Source of the DNA: Clostridium amylolyticum
GTDB taxonomy: Bacteria > Bacillota > Clostridia > Clostridiales > Clostridiaceae
DNA: 32,000 nucleotides
Direction: 5' to 3'
NCBI RefSeq assembly: GCF_900142075.1
Contig: NZ_FQZO01000002.1
Span: 67,738 to 99,737 of the forward strand
The notes under the pieces were generated by a model. That model was not told the DNA's origin and made no database searches. It worked only from the letters and a program-made list of their open reading frames with translations. How positions within the stretch are numbered: the stretch's first letter is position 1; every line of letters begins with the position of its first letter. The translations under genes were made by a program, and so were the position numbers. Of the stretch, positions 17,827 to 26,190 are shown piece after piece.

Positions 17827-18243
17827 TTAACTCTTCATCTTAAATTCATATCCGCACTTTTTACAGGTTACTGTAATTTTACCTTTGCCTCTTGGGACTC
17901 TAAGCTTTTGCCCGCAACGCTGACATTTAAATATTTTAAAGTTCTTTTTCTCATTAAAATAATCCTTAACTTTGTTAGCTGAACCTTTAATACCACTGTG
18001 AAAGGAAGGTTTGCTTTTATTATAAGCATTTCCTGCTTTAAAGGTTCTATTAAGCCAATTTTGAAGTTTTAATGCTTCGTTACCCCTAGATACAAAGTCT
18101 TTAGATAAAGCTCTCCAAAGGGCAAACCCTATTAAAATTACGCCTATGGAAATGGTATATCTCCATAAAAGAAGAAGCATTCCTATCAATAACATCAGTG
18201 CAGAAAGCTTGTCAAAGCCATATCTCCCCTTAAACAAATTCAT
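17827..18243 (-). CDS. Membrane-anchored zinc-ribbon protein
   Basis: N-terminal hydrophobic hairpin and C-terminal CQRCG...CKKCG zinc ribbon. Strong RBS (GGGGGGAG). Confidence 0.7.
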   Translation of the reverse strand: MNLFKGRYGFDKLSALMLLIGMLLLLWRYTISIGVILIGFALWRALSKDFVSRGNEALKLQNWLNRTFKAGNAYNKSKPSFHSGIKGSANKVKDYFNEKKNFKIFKCQRCGQKLRVPRGKGKITVTCKKCGYEFKMKS

Positions 18244-18332
18244 ATTGCTCCCCCCTTAATTTTGAAGATAATATTCATGGCAGTATCCCTTTATAATCTT
18301 AAAATATACTATAAAGCATTCCTGCACTACAT

Positions 18333-19574
18333 TTACTTTTTCATAAAAGCTTCTATATCTTCTACGGTTTTTATCATATCCTTAGTTAAATTAATACATC
18401 CATCTGCTGTTACTAAAACATCATCTTCTATTCTAACACCAATTTTCTCTTCTTCTATATATATACCTGGCTCTACAGTCCAAACCATTCCTGGTTGAAA
18501 CTTAATGTCTCTATCACCCACATCGTGAGTATCTAATCCTAAGCTGTGACCTACGCTATGCCAGTAATATTTTATAACATCTTTCTTGTCTTCTATAAGT
18601 CCAAGATTGACGCATTCCTCTGCTACCCATTCTGTAGACTGATGATTTAGCTCTAAATAGCTTACTCCAGGCTTAATCGCTTCAATTACCTTTTCATTTA
18701 CTCTCAAAACAGCATTATAAACTTCTTTCTGTCTTTCAGTAAATTTGCCATTGGCTGGGAAGGTCCTTGAAATATCTGCATTGTAATAGTTTAATTGAGC
18801 TCCCAAATCAAAGAGTATCAGATCATTATCTTGAATTTCACAGTTATTGTCTACATAGTGTAATATAGTGGCATTTACTCCAGAAGCAGCAATGGTCTTA
18901 AAGGCGTAGTCATTAACTCCTTTAGATTTACATACAAAGTCGAAGTAAGCTTCCAGCTCACATTCTTTCATGCCAGGTTTGGCATTTTTCATTAAATTTT
19001 CAACGCCTTCAATGGTAATTTCTATAGCCTTTTTAATTTCTTCCACTTCTTCTTCAGATTTAACCATTCTCAAAGCTGCAATCATGTTATAAGCATTTTT
19101 AACCTTTAATTGAGGATACTTATTCTTTAACTCTCTTGCATATTTTTCTGTATAGGTTTCTATACTGTTATAGCTGTCTTTTTCAAGATCCATGTACATC
19201 ACATTAATATCCTTATTGAAGATATAGCTATGAATGGTAGAATTCAAAGAGTCTGAATAAGCTACATCCTTAATTCCGGAAAGTTCTTGCGCTTCTTCTT
19301 TTGTTATTGTTCTTCCTACCCATTTTTCAAGTTCAGGGTTAGGTGCTTTTATGAACAATTTCTCTTCATATTCGCCCTTCATTTTTGTCATAAAAAGAAC
19401 CACATTCTCTTCATCTATACCTGTAAGATAATAAAAATTTCTATTAGGAGTAAACTTATATTGCTCGTCAGCAGATTTTTTCACTGCTCTGCCAGAAAAT
19501 ATCATTACTATAGAATTTTCTCCAATACGATTTAATAACTTTTTTCTGTTTTTATCAAAAACCTCTTTGTTCAT
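18333..19574 (-). CDS. Xaa-Pro aminopeptidase (M24B family)
   Basis: N-terminal AMP_N-like region. The pita-bread metal ligand context is present (DLGAQLNYYNADISRTF, HSVGHSLGLDTHD, VEPGIY, RIEDDV). Confidence 0.88.
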   Translation of the reverse strand: MNKEVFDKNRKKLLNRIGENSIVMIFSGRAVKKSADEQYKFTPNRNFYYLTGIDEENVVLFMTKMKGEYEEKLFIKAPNPELEKWVGRTITKEEAQELSGIKDVAYSDSLNSTIHSYIFNKDINVMYMDLEKDSYNSIETYTEKYARELKNKYPQLKVKNAYNMIAALRMVKSEEEVEEIKKAIEITIEGVENLMKNAKPGMKECELEAYFDFVCKSKGVNDYAFKTIAASGVNATILHYVDNNCEIQDNDLILFDLGAQLNYYNADISRTFPANGKFTERQKEVYNAVLRVNEKVIEAIKPGVSYLELNHQSTEWVAEECVNLGLIEDKKDVIKYYWHSVGHSLGLDTHDVGDRDIKFQPGMVWTVEPGIYIEEEKIGVRIEDDVLVTADGCINLTKDMIKTVEDIEAFMKK

Positions 19575-19661
19575 ACTTTCACCTCTATTTATTAACTAAT
19601 TCTCTTTAAAATATTATATCACTGAAAGCTTTAATTATCCATAATCCAATGGTATCAGCAA

Positions 19662-20099
19662 TTACTCCAAAGCAATAAGCTTGATTTTTAATACCAGACC
19701 TTCTTTGGATAAAATCTCCATAAGCTCTTTAATATCAATTCTTAAATTTGATATATCAAAGGTAATGGTAACATTAGCAGCATTATTTATAGGTACATCT
19801 TGGCTTATAGTAAGTATATTACCATCATTTGCTGCTATGGTATCTAAAACCCTGGAAAGGGCTCCAGCTTCATGGGAAATTAGCAATGCCAAAGTAGCTT
19901 TCTGGCTCTGCACACCTTCAGAAAGCGGAAAAACTTTATCCTTATACTTGTAATATGCACTTCTGCTTATACCAACAGTTTTTACACCTTCAGTAATATC
20001 CTTTACCTTTCCAGCATGAAGCATTTTTTTAACTTCCAATACTTTTTTTATTACATCTTGTAAAATGTCTCCATCAACTATATAAAATTTATCTTCCAT
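19662..20099 (-). CDS. ACT-domain protein, UPF0735/PheB-like
   Basis: 145 aa with an N-terminal HTH-like segment (GISRSAYYKYKD) and a C-terminal ACT fold (LALLISHEAGALSRVLDTIA). Confidence 0.8.
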   Translation of the reverse strand: MEDKFYIVDGDILQDVIKKVLEVKKMLHAGKVKDITEGVKTVGISRSAYYKYKDKVFPLSEGVQSQKATLALLISHEAGALSRVLDTIAANDGNILTISQDVPINNAANVTITFDISNLRIDIKELMEILSKEGLVLKIKLIALE

Positions 20100-20208
20100 A
20101 GCACTCTCATCCTTTAAGCATAATATGTCAATTTTTTAGGGTAAAAGTAAATGGTACCCTGAATTAATTATATACTCCAGGATACCATAATGGAAATAAT
20201 GATATGAA

Positions 20209-21165
20209 TTATTTTATCTGTAATTTTATTTTTAGTTTATCCAGCATATCTTTTGACATGGATGGAAGATCATATTTAGCATTAAAGCCCCATTCTTCTC
20301 TAGCTGCAGTGCAATCTATGGAATTTGGCCAAGAGTCTGCAATAGCTTGTCTTATTGGGTCTACATCATAGCTCATCTTAAACTCTGGAATATGCTTCTT
20401 TATTTCCTCTGCTATTTGAGATGGTTCAAAACTCATAGCAGTTATATTAAATGCGTTTCTATGCTTTAGTTTTGATGGGTCTGCTTCTAAAAGTGTCACT
20501 ATAGCATTTAGTGCATCAGGCATATACATCATATCCATGTATGTACCTTCACCAATAAAAGAAGTATATTTTCCTTCTTGAAGGGCTTTATAGTAAATAT
20601 CCACCGCGTAATCTGTAGTTCCGCCTCCTGGAGGGGCTACATAGGAAATAAGTCCTGGGAACCTAACTCCTCTTGTATCTACGCCAAATTTTTTGAAGTA
20701 GTAATCGCAAAGAAGCTCTCCAGATACCTTGGTTACTCCATACATAGTGCCTGGTCTCTGTATGGTATCTTGAGGTGTATTATCTTTAGGGGTATCACAT
20801 CCAAAAGCGCCTATAGAGCTTGGTGTAAAGAACTTACAGTTAAGCTCTCTTGCTACTTCTAAGGCATTAAAAAGTCCTCCCATATTTATCTGCCAAGCTA
20901 ACACAGGTTTTGCCTCTGCTACAGCAGAAAGTAAAGCTGCCAAGTGTATTATGGTATCTACATTATGTTTTTTAGCTACTTCTGCCATTTTATTTGCATC
21001 TAATACATCTAGAGCTTCAAAAGGTCCTCCATTTACTACTTCATTATTTTCTGGAACCTTAATATCTGTGGCAATAACATTGCTGTCGCCATAGATTTTT
21101 CTCATATGAGTTACTAATTCAGAACCTATTTGACCAAGTGAACCTGTAACAAGTATTTTTTTCAT
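20209..21165 (-). CDS. tdh: L-threonine 3-dehydrogenase of the SDR / UDP-glucose-4-epimerase-like type
   Basis: [17 protein letters not shown] Rossmann start and YGVTK catalytic YxxxK. Its position immediately downstream of kbl supports the TDH assignment. ATG at 21165 has GGGGGA RBS. The ORF-track start 21195 adds 10 unsupported residues. Confidence 0.78.
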   Translation of the reverse strand: MKKILVTGSLGQIGSELVTHMRKIYGDSNVIATDIKVPENNEVVNGGPFEALDVLDANKMAEVAKKHNVDTIIHLAALLSAVAEAKPVLAWQINMGGLFNALEVARELNCKFFTPSSIGAFGCDTPKDNTPQDTIQRPGTMYGVTKVSGELLCDYYFKKFGVDTRGVRFPGLISYVAPPGGGTTDYAVDIYYKALQEGKYTSFIGEGTYMDMMYMPDALNAIVTLLEADPSKLKHRNAFNITAMSFEPSQIAEEIKKHIPEFKMSYDVDPIRQAIADSWPNSIDCTAAREEWGFNAKYDLPSMSKDMLDKLKIKLQIK

Positions 21166-21253
21166 TTTAATCCCCCATTTATTAGGCATCCACAAAAAAA
21201 TAACTAGTGAGTCTACTGGTATATTTGACTATTTATTTTTTTACAATGCCTTA

Positions 21254-22447
21254 TTATTTTATAACATTAAGTTCTTTTCCCACTTTTTCATATATAGCTA
21301 ATGCATTATCTAACATTTCCTTAGTATGAGCAGCTGTTGGCATATTTCTAACCCTTCCTGTGCCTAGAGGTACTGTAGGGAATACTATGGACTTAGCATA
21401 AACCCCTTCTTCTATAAGTCTCTTACTAAACTCTTGAGTAAGCTTTTCATCTCCAATAATACAAGGAGTTATAGGGGTCTCACTTTTACCTATATTGAAG
21501 CCAAGCTTTTTAAGTCCAGCTTTAAGATAATTTCCATTATCCCAAAGTCTGTCGTGAAGCTCTGTGCTTTCTGTCATTATTCTTAACGCTTCTATGCAGG
21601 CTCCTGCAGCGGATGGTGTTAAAGAAGTAGAGAATAAGAATGGTCTTGCTCTAACTTTTAACCAATCTATTAAATCCTGAGATCCTGCTACATATCCACC
21701 TACTACTCCAATGGCTTTTGATAGTGTACCTATTTGGAAGTCAATCTTATGGGATAGTCCAAAGTGCTTAACAGTTCCTGCTCCTTTTCCCATTACTCCT
21801 GAACCATGAGCATCATCTATATAGGTTATAAGATCAAGCTCTTCAGCTACTTTAACCATGCCCGGAAGGTCTACTACATCCCCATCCATGGAAAAAACTC
21901 CATCTGAAATAACCATTAATTTATTATATAAACCGCTTTCTCTAGCTGCTTTAGCTTTTTCTCTAAGATCATTCATATCATTGTGATTGTATCTAATTAC
22001 CTTTGCTCCAGATAATCTACATCCATCTATAATGGAGGCATGATTAAGTTCATCAGATAATATGGCATCCTTTTTATTCATTACAGCTTGAATAGCTCCA
22101 GCATTACAATTAAAGCCTGATTGGAAAGCTATAGCTGCTTCAGTATGCTTAAATTCTGCTAATTTTCTTTCTAATTCATTATGGATTTCTAAAGTACCAT
22201 TTATTGTTCTAACTGCTCCTGCGCCTACACCATACACTTCAGTGGCTTCGATGGAGGCTCTTTTCATTCTTTCATCACTAGCAAGTCCTAAATAGTTATT
22301 TGAAGAAAGGTTTATTAGGTCTTTTCCTTTAATTTTTATTATTGGTCCATTAGCACCTTGAAGCACATTTATCTCATTGTATAGCCCCTTGCTCTTAAGA
22401 TCGTCTAAGTTTTCTTTTAAAAATTTTTCTAAAGCTTTACTTCCCAT
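21254..22447 (-). CDS. kbl: 2-amino-3-ketobutyrate CoA ligase (glycine C-acetyltransferase)
   Basis: Alpha-oxoamine synthase family, with [21 protein letters not shown] and the PLP lysine context GTLSKA. ATG at 22447 has AAGGAG upstream. Confidence 0.9.
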   Translation of the reverse strand: MGSKALEKFLKENLDDLKSKGLYNEINVLQGANGPIIKIKGKDLINLSSNNYLGLASDERMKRASIEATEVYGVGAGAVRTINGTLEIHNELERKLAEFKHTEAAIAFQSGFNCNAGAIQAVMNKKDAILSDELNHASIIDGCRLSGAKVIRYNHNDMNDLREKAKAARESGLYNKLMVISDGVFSMDGDVVDLPGMVKVAEELDLITYIDDAHGSGVMGKGAGTVKHFGLSHKIDFQIGTLSKAIGVVGGYVAGSQDLIDWLKVRARPFLFSTSLTPSAAGACIEALRIMTESTELHDRLWDNGNYLKAGLKKLGFNIGKSETPITPCIIGDEKLTQEFSKRLIEEGVYAKSIVFPTVPLGTGRVRNMPTAAHTKEMLDNALAIYEKVGKELNVIK

Positions 22448-22674
22448 TACCTTCACTCCTTAAGTAGTTATATATGTAAAAACAAATTTGTATTTCTGTT
22501 TCTTATTATATTATACCAAACACTATAAAAGCTATCTACAGTTCAATATAATTAAAAAAAATCAAATTTTACTGTTTTTTGCCTTGTAGCTTAAAACGAT
22601 TACATAATGGTGCTATTATCTCTCTTTTTCATAATTTTAAATATTCAGAATATAATTGCATAGATTTACGTTTC

Positions 22675-22701
22675 TATGATACTATCATACTGTGATATAA
22701 T
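22675..22701 (+). promoter_or_regulatory. Extended -10 promoter of the SstT-like gene with an overlapping palindrome
   Basis: TGATATAAT (22693-22701) fits TGnTATAAT. The 7-1-7 palindrome TATGATA-C-TATCATA (22675-22689) sits where a -35 box would be. Confidence 0.4.
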
Positions 22702-22728
22702 ATAAAACTTTTAGGGGGTTGTGTTTTT

Positions 22729-23925
22729 ATGAAAAAAATCGGTCTTATACCTAAGTTAATCGCTGCTATTATCATAGGTATATTGCTAGGTGCTTTTGCT
22801 CCTACATTTGTTGTACAAGTTTTAGCCACCTTTAACCACATCTTTGGAAACTTCTTAGGCTTTGCAATTCCACTGATCATCTTAGGTTTTGTGGTATCAG
22901 GAATTGCAGATTTAGGTGCCGGTGCAGGAAAAATGCTGGGGATAACCACAGTAATAGCTTATGCTTCCACTTTAATAGCTGGGCTATTTGCATATATTGT
23001 ATCTTATAACTTCTTCCCTGCCTTTATTACTAAAACCAGCGAATTAACTAATGCAGTAAACCCTGAAGAAAAGCTACTAGCTTCATTATTTAAACTAGAA
23101 ATGCCTCCACTTATGCCTGTAATGACAGCACTTATTCTTGCATTTTTATTAGGTCTTGGCATAGCATCCCTTAAAGGGAAAAGTGAAGTTCTTTATACCG
23201 CTTCAGTAGAATTTCAAAAGATAATGGAAAAAACTATTTCTAATGTTATTGTTCCACTATTACCTTTTCATATAATGGGTATATTTGCCAACATGACTCA
23301 TGCTGGGGAAGTTGGTAGAGTTCTTTCTGTATTCTGGAAGGTTTTCTTAATAGTAATAGCCATGCATTTAATAATAATATTCTTCCAATTCCTAGTGGCA
23401 TGCACCATAGGTAAAAAGAATCTATTTCAATGCTTAAAAAACCAAATCCCTGGATATCTTACTGCTATAGGGACTCAATCCTCAGCAGCTACCATACCTG
23501 TAAATCTTCAGTGTGCAGAGAAGAATGGTGTGAGCAAAGGCATAAGAGAATTCGTAGTGCCACTATGTGCTACTATACACCTTTCAGGAAGTACCATAAC
23601 CTTAACTGCTTGTGCTATAGCAGTTATGATGCTTAACAATATTCCTTTTACCTTACCTCAAATGATGGGCTTCATAGCTATGCTTGGTGTAACCATGGTA
23701 GCAGCCCCTGGTGTACCTGGTGGTGCAGTTATGGCAGCTCTAGGAATACTTCAAACCATGCTTGGATTTACTGAAGCTCAGCTTGCACTAATGATCGCTT
23801 TATACATCACCCAAGATAGCTTTGGAACAGCATGTAACGTATCCGGCGATAATGCCATAGCCATTATAGTAGACGCTATACAAGGTAAAAACAAGGCTGA
23901 AACTAAAGAAGCAGCAGTAGAGTAA
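22729..23925 (+). CDS. sstT: Serine/threonine:sodium symporter-like transporter (DAACS family, SstT-like)
   Basis: 398-aa polytopic protein with GTQSSAATIPV and the TACNVSGD pattern of dicarboxylate/amino-acid:cation symporters. It is divergent from kbl-tdh. Confidence 0.78.
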   Translation: MKKIGLIPKLIAAIIIGILLGAFAPTFVVQVLATFNHIFGNFLGFAIPLIILGFVVSGIADLGAGAGKMLGITTVIAYASTLIAGLFAYIVSYNFFPAFITKTSELTNAVNPEEKLLASLFKLEMPPLMPVMTALILAFLLGLGIASLKGKSEVLYTASVEFQKIMEKTISNVIVPLLPFHIMGIFANMTHAGEVGRVLSVFWKVFLIVIAMHLIIIFFQFLVACTIGKKNLFQCLKNQIPGYLTAIGTQSSAATIPVNLQCAEKNGVSKGIREFVVPLCATIHLSGSTITLTACAIAVMMLNNIPFTLPQMMGFIAMLGVTMVAAPGVPGGAVMAALGILQTMLGFTEAQLALMIALYITQDSFGTACNVSGDNAIAIIVDAIQGKNKAETKEAAVE

Positions 23926-24001
23926 ATGAATAGTTAATTAGACATAGTATAACTTTACTTAATTAAAAATAATGTAAATAAATTATATACTTAATAACAA
24001 T

Positions 24002-24045
24002 AAAAAAGCATGGATTGAAGTATTAACCACAATCCATGCTTTTTT
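24002..24045. terminator. Bidirectional terminator after the SstT-like gene
   Basis: AAAAAA-GCATGGATTG-loop-CAATCCATGC-TTTTTT (stems 24008-24017 / 24030-24039). Confidence 0.8.
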
Positions 24046-24190
24046 ATCCGATAGCTAACCGCCCCTAATACCCCCACTTCTTTAAGTGCTGGGAAAAGGG
24101 CGCTAAGCTCCTGGATAAGTTCTTCTAAGCTTCAGCTGGAGTAGGTATTCCTTTTTAGCAAACTCCATCTGAAACTAAGAATCACTTGAT
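24043..24190 (+). ncRNA. Copy 2 (full length) of the two-hairpin repeat element
   Basis: TTTATCC-G-ATAGCTAACCGCCCCTAATACCCCCACTTCTTTAAGTGCTGGGAAAAGGGCGCTAAGCTCCTGGATAAGTTCTTCTAAGCTTCAGCTGGAGT...ACTCCATCTGAAACTAAGAATCACTTGAT. It starts in the terminator T-run and ends exactly at the stop codon of the convergent 67-aa gene. Confidence 0.6.
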
Positions 24191-24393
24191 CATATTATCT
24201 CTGACTTTTTCTTCATGTAACCAATCATCCTTTTCCCTTCAGCAACAAGGATGCCCATAACCGCTCCCATGGTCATTCCCAAAGCAGGATGGGAAAATAA
24301 TGCTCCTATTGCTATTCCTGTGGCAGAACCAAAACATATACCCTTTGCTATTAATGTAAATTCTTCATCTTGTACCTTCTTTTTGCTGTCCAT
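24190..24393 (-). CDS. Small (67 aa) glycine-zipper membrane protein
   Basis: Charged N-terminus. Two Gly/Ala-rich hydrophobic stretches (GICFGSATGIAIGALF, ALGMTMGAVMGILVA). Basic C-terminus. Strong RBS AGGGGAG 9 nt before the ATG. Confidence 0.6.
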   Translation of the reverse strand: MDSKKKVQDEEFTLIAKGICFGSATGIAIGALFSHPALGMTMGAVMGILVAEGKRMIGYMKKKSEII

Positions 24394-24620
24394 AATTAAC
24401 CCACTCCCCTTTCCAAGAATCTCTTTTTTACTTTAAATTACATTATATTATTTTCTTTAATTATCCTTTAACTATTAGACGAAACAAAACACAGATTAGT
24501 TTCAATTTTTAAAAATAATTATTTAAATTTAAATTTTAATTCTTACTAATATTATTATCCTATATAAATCTAAAGATATTATTAAGAATTCCTTATATAA
24601 ACATTAAATTTTTACTAAGA

Positions 24621-24662
24621 AAGTATAAGAGAAGGGTTTAGGAGAGGTTAGCTATCGGATGA
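24621..24662 (-). repeat. Copy 4 (decayed or partial 5' part) of the repeat element
   Basis: The minus strand reads TCATCCGATAGCTAACCTCTCCTAAACCCTTCTCTTATAC. Its first 15 nt (ATCCGATAGCTAACC) are identical to 24046-24060 in inverted orientation. The next ~20 nt are similar, and beyond that I cannot align it by eye. It overlaps the last codons and stop of spmB. Confidence 0.4.
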
Positions 24663-25179
24663 AAAACAACCTAACTATGGTAATGGAAGCCAGTATGGCT
24701 GTAAAATCTGCCAACAAGGCAGCCCAAAGGGTATGTCTTATCTTTTTTATGCCTACTGAACCATAATATACAGTTAGTGTATAAAATATGGTTTCTGTAG
24801 TGCCCATTATTATAGAAGCTATAAGTCCTATGATGCTATCAGGTCCATATTCCTTTAATATTTCAGTAAATACTCCTAGCGCTCCACTGCCAGAAAGTGG
24901 CTTTATAATTACCAAGGGCAAAAGTTCTGAAGGAAGCCCTATAAGTTTTGTTATAGGAGAAACACCTTTAGTGAATATATTTAAAGCTCCTGACTCTCTA
25001 AATACTTTTACAGCTATAAGCATAGCAAGAAGATATGGAAATATCCTAAAGCAAACTCCTAATCCCTCTTTGGCTCCTTCCACAAACCATTCATATACCT
25101 TTTTTCCCTTTATCATGCCGTACACAACAATAATTAATATTATTATGGGTATAATGGATTTTAATATATATGAAAACAT
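24652..25179 (-). CDS. spmB: Spore maturation protein B (nucleoside-recognition/Gate-domain membrane protein)
   Basis: 175-aa polytopic protein directly downstream of the spmA-like gene. Typical SpmB size and the LSGSGALGVF motif. Confidence 0.85.
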   Translation of the reverse strand: MFSYILKSIIPIIILIIVVYGMIKGKKVYEWFVEGAKEGLGVCFRIFPYLLAMLIAVKVFRESGALNIFTKGVSPITKLIGLPSELLPLVIIKPLSGSGALGVFTEILKEYGPDSIIGLIASIIMGTTETIFYTLTVYYGSVGIKKIRHTLWAALLADFTAILASITIVRLFFIR

Positions 25180-25193
25180 TTTTTATATCTCCC

Positions 25194-25769
25194 TTAAAAG
25201 TATTTTTCTAATATTTTGGTAAATAAAATACCTACAAAAGCCGCGCATCCAGTGGCTATAATAGCCGGCACTAGTATTATTCCAGGATTTTCAGAACCAC
25301 AGGCTGCTCTTATAGAAATCACTGTACTAGGAACCAACTGAAGGCAAGCAGCATTCATCACCAAAAAAAGCACCATATCATTAGAAGCCCTCTCTTTATG
25401 AGGGTTTTGCTTTTGCAATTCCTCCATTGCCTTTATACCAAAAGGCGTAGCTGCATTAGAAAGTCCAAACATATTTGCTGTTAGATTCATAATTACGGCT
25501 CCTAAAGCATGTTCGCTTTTAGAAGCATCCTTATAAAGCAATTTTAAAAAAGGTTTTAAAAGCCAGGCAATTTTTTCCGTAAGCCCGCTTTTTTCTGCTA
25601 TCTTCATAACTCCGCACCATAAGCACATGAGACCAGCAAGTCCTATGATCAATTCCACAGTGGAACCTGCAGAATCTATAATAGATTTTGATATAGCTTC
25701 TCCATTACCGGAAAGCAGCCCCACAATTCCTCCAATAGCTAGCATTATAAACCATATATAATTTATCAT
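25194..25769 (-). CDS. spmA: Spore maturation protein A
   Basis: MINYIWF start, the AGLM.LW.G.MKIAE.SGL pattern, and pairing with spmB. Confidence 0.85.
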   Translation of the reverse strand: MINYIWFIMLAIGGIVGLLSGNGEAISKSIIDSAGSTVELIIGLAGLMCLWCGVMKIAEKSGLTEKIAWLLKPFLKLLYKDASKSEHALGAVIMNLTANMFGLSNAATPFGIKAMEELQKQNPHKERASNDMVLFLVMNAACLQLVPSTVISIRAACGSENPGIILVPAIIATGCAAFVGILFTKILEKYF

Positions 25770-25945
25770 TTTCTTTTCCTCCGTGGCAGTTTTTCCTTAT
25801 AATATATGAAAGAGAAGGTCATATAATTCTACATGGTTCTTATTAGGTGGTAAAATAATAAGTATGGCTTATGTCTATTGCATTACATTTTTCACCGTGT
25901 TAACATATAAGAGTAATTTAAACAGCGATAAAAAGGAGAGCTCTT

Positions 25946-26131
25946 ATGAAAGAAGATATGATGAAACTAGCTCAGCAAGAGATTGAAGAAGCTTTAGAGG
26001 CCGTAGAAACTTTGGAAAATAATATTGATAAAGAAGACTTTTCAAAAGATGAACTAAAAAAGAAATTTATAAAGCTTAACGAAAAGGTTAATGAAATCGA
26101 ATCACTTTTAAAGTCTGAAGGCATAATATAA
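25946..26131 (+). CDS. Small acidic coiled-coil protein, hypothetical
   Basis: 61 aa, heptad-like and charged. AAGGAG RBS 7 nt upstream. A terminator follows immediately. Confidence 0.5.
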   Translation: MKEDMMKLAQQEIEEALEAVETLENNIDKEDFSKDELKKKFIKLNEKVNEIESLLKSEGII

Positions 26132-26178
26132 GACCACCTGGAGATATGTACACATCTATATCTCCAGATGGTCTTTTA
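26131..26178 (+). terminator. Terminator after the 61-aa ORF
   Basis: AGACCACCTGGAGATAT / ATATCTCCAGATGGTCT hairpin (one mismatch), then TTTT. Confidence 0.6.
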
Positions 26179-26190
26179 ATTTGGTAACAT

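Noticed and set aside
22674-22949. A 91-aa minus-strand ORF overlapping the promoter and 5' end of the SstT-like gene.
   Set aside because: It is antisense to a well-supported transporter start, has no RBS, and its Pro/Lys-rich translation looks like the mirror of a hydrophobic coding frame.
25770-25945. A sporulation-sigma (sigma-E-like) promoter upstream of spmA (GAATTATA ... CATATATT).
   Set aside because: The match and spacing are too loose in AT-rich DNA for a call by eye.
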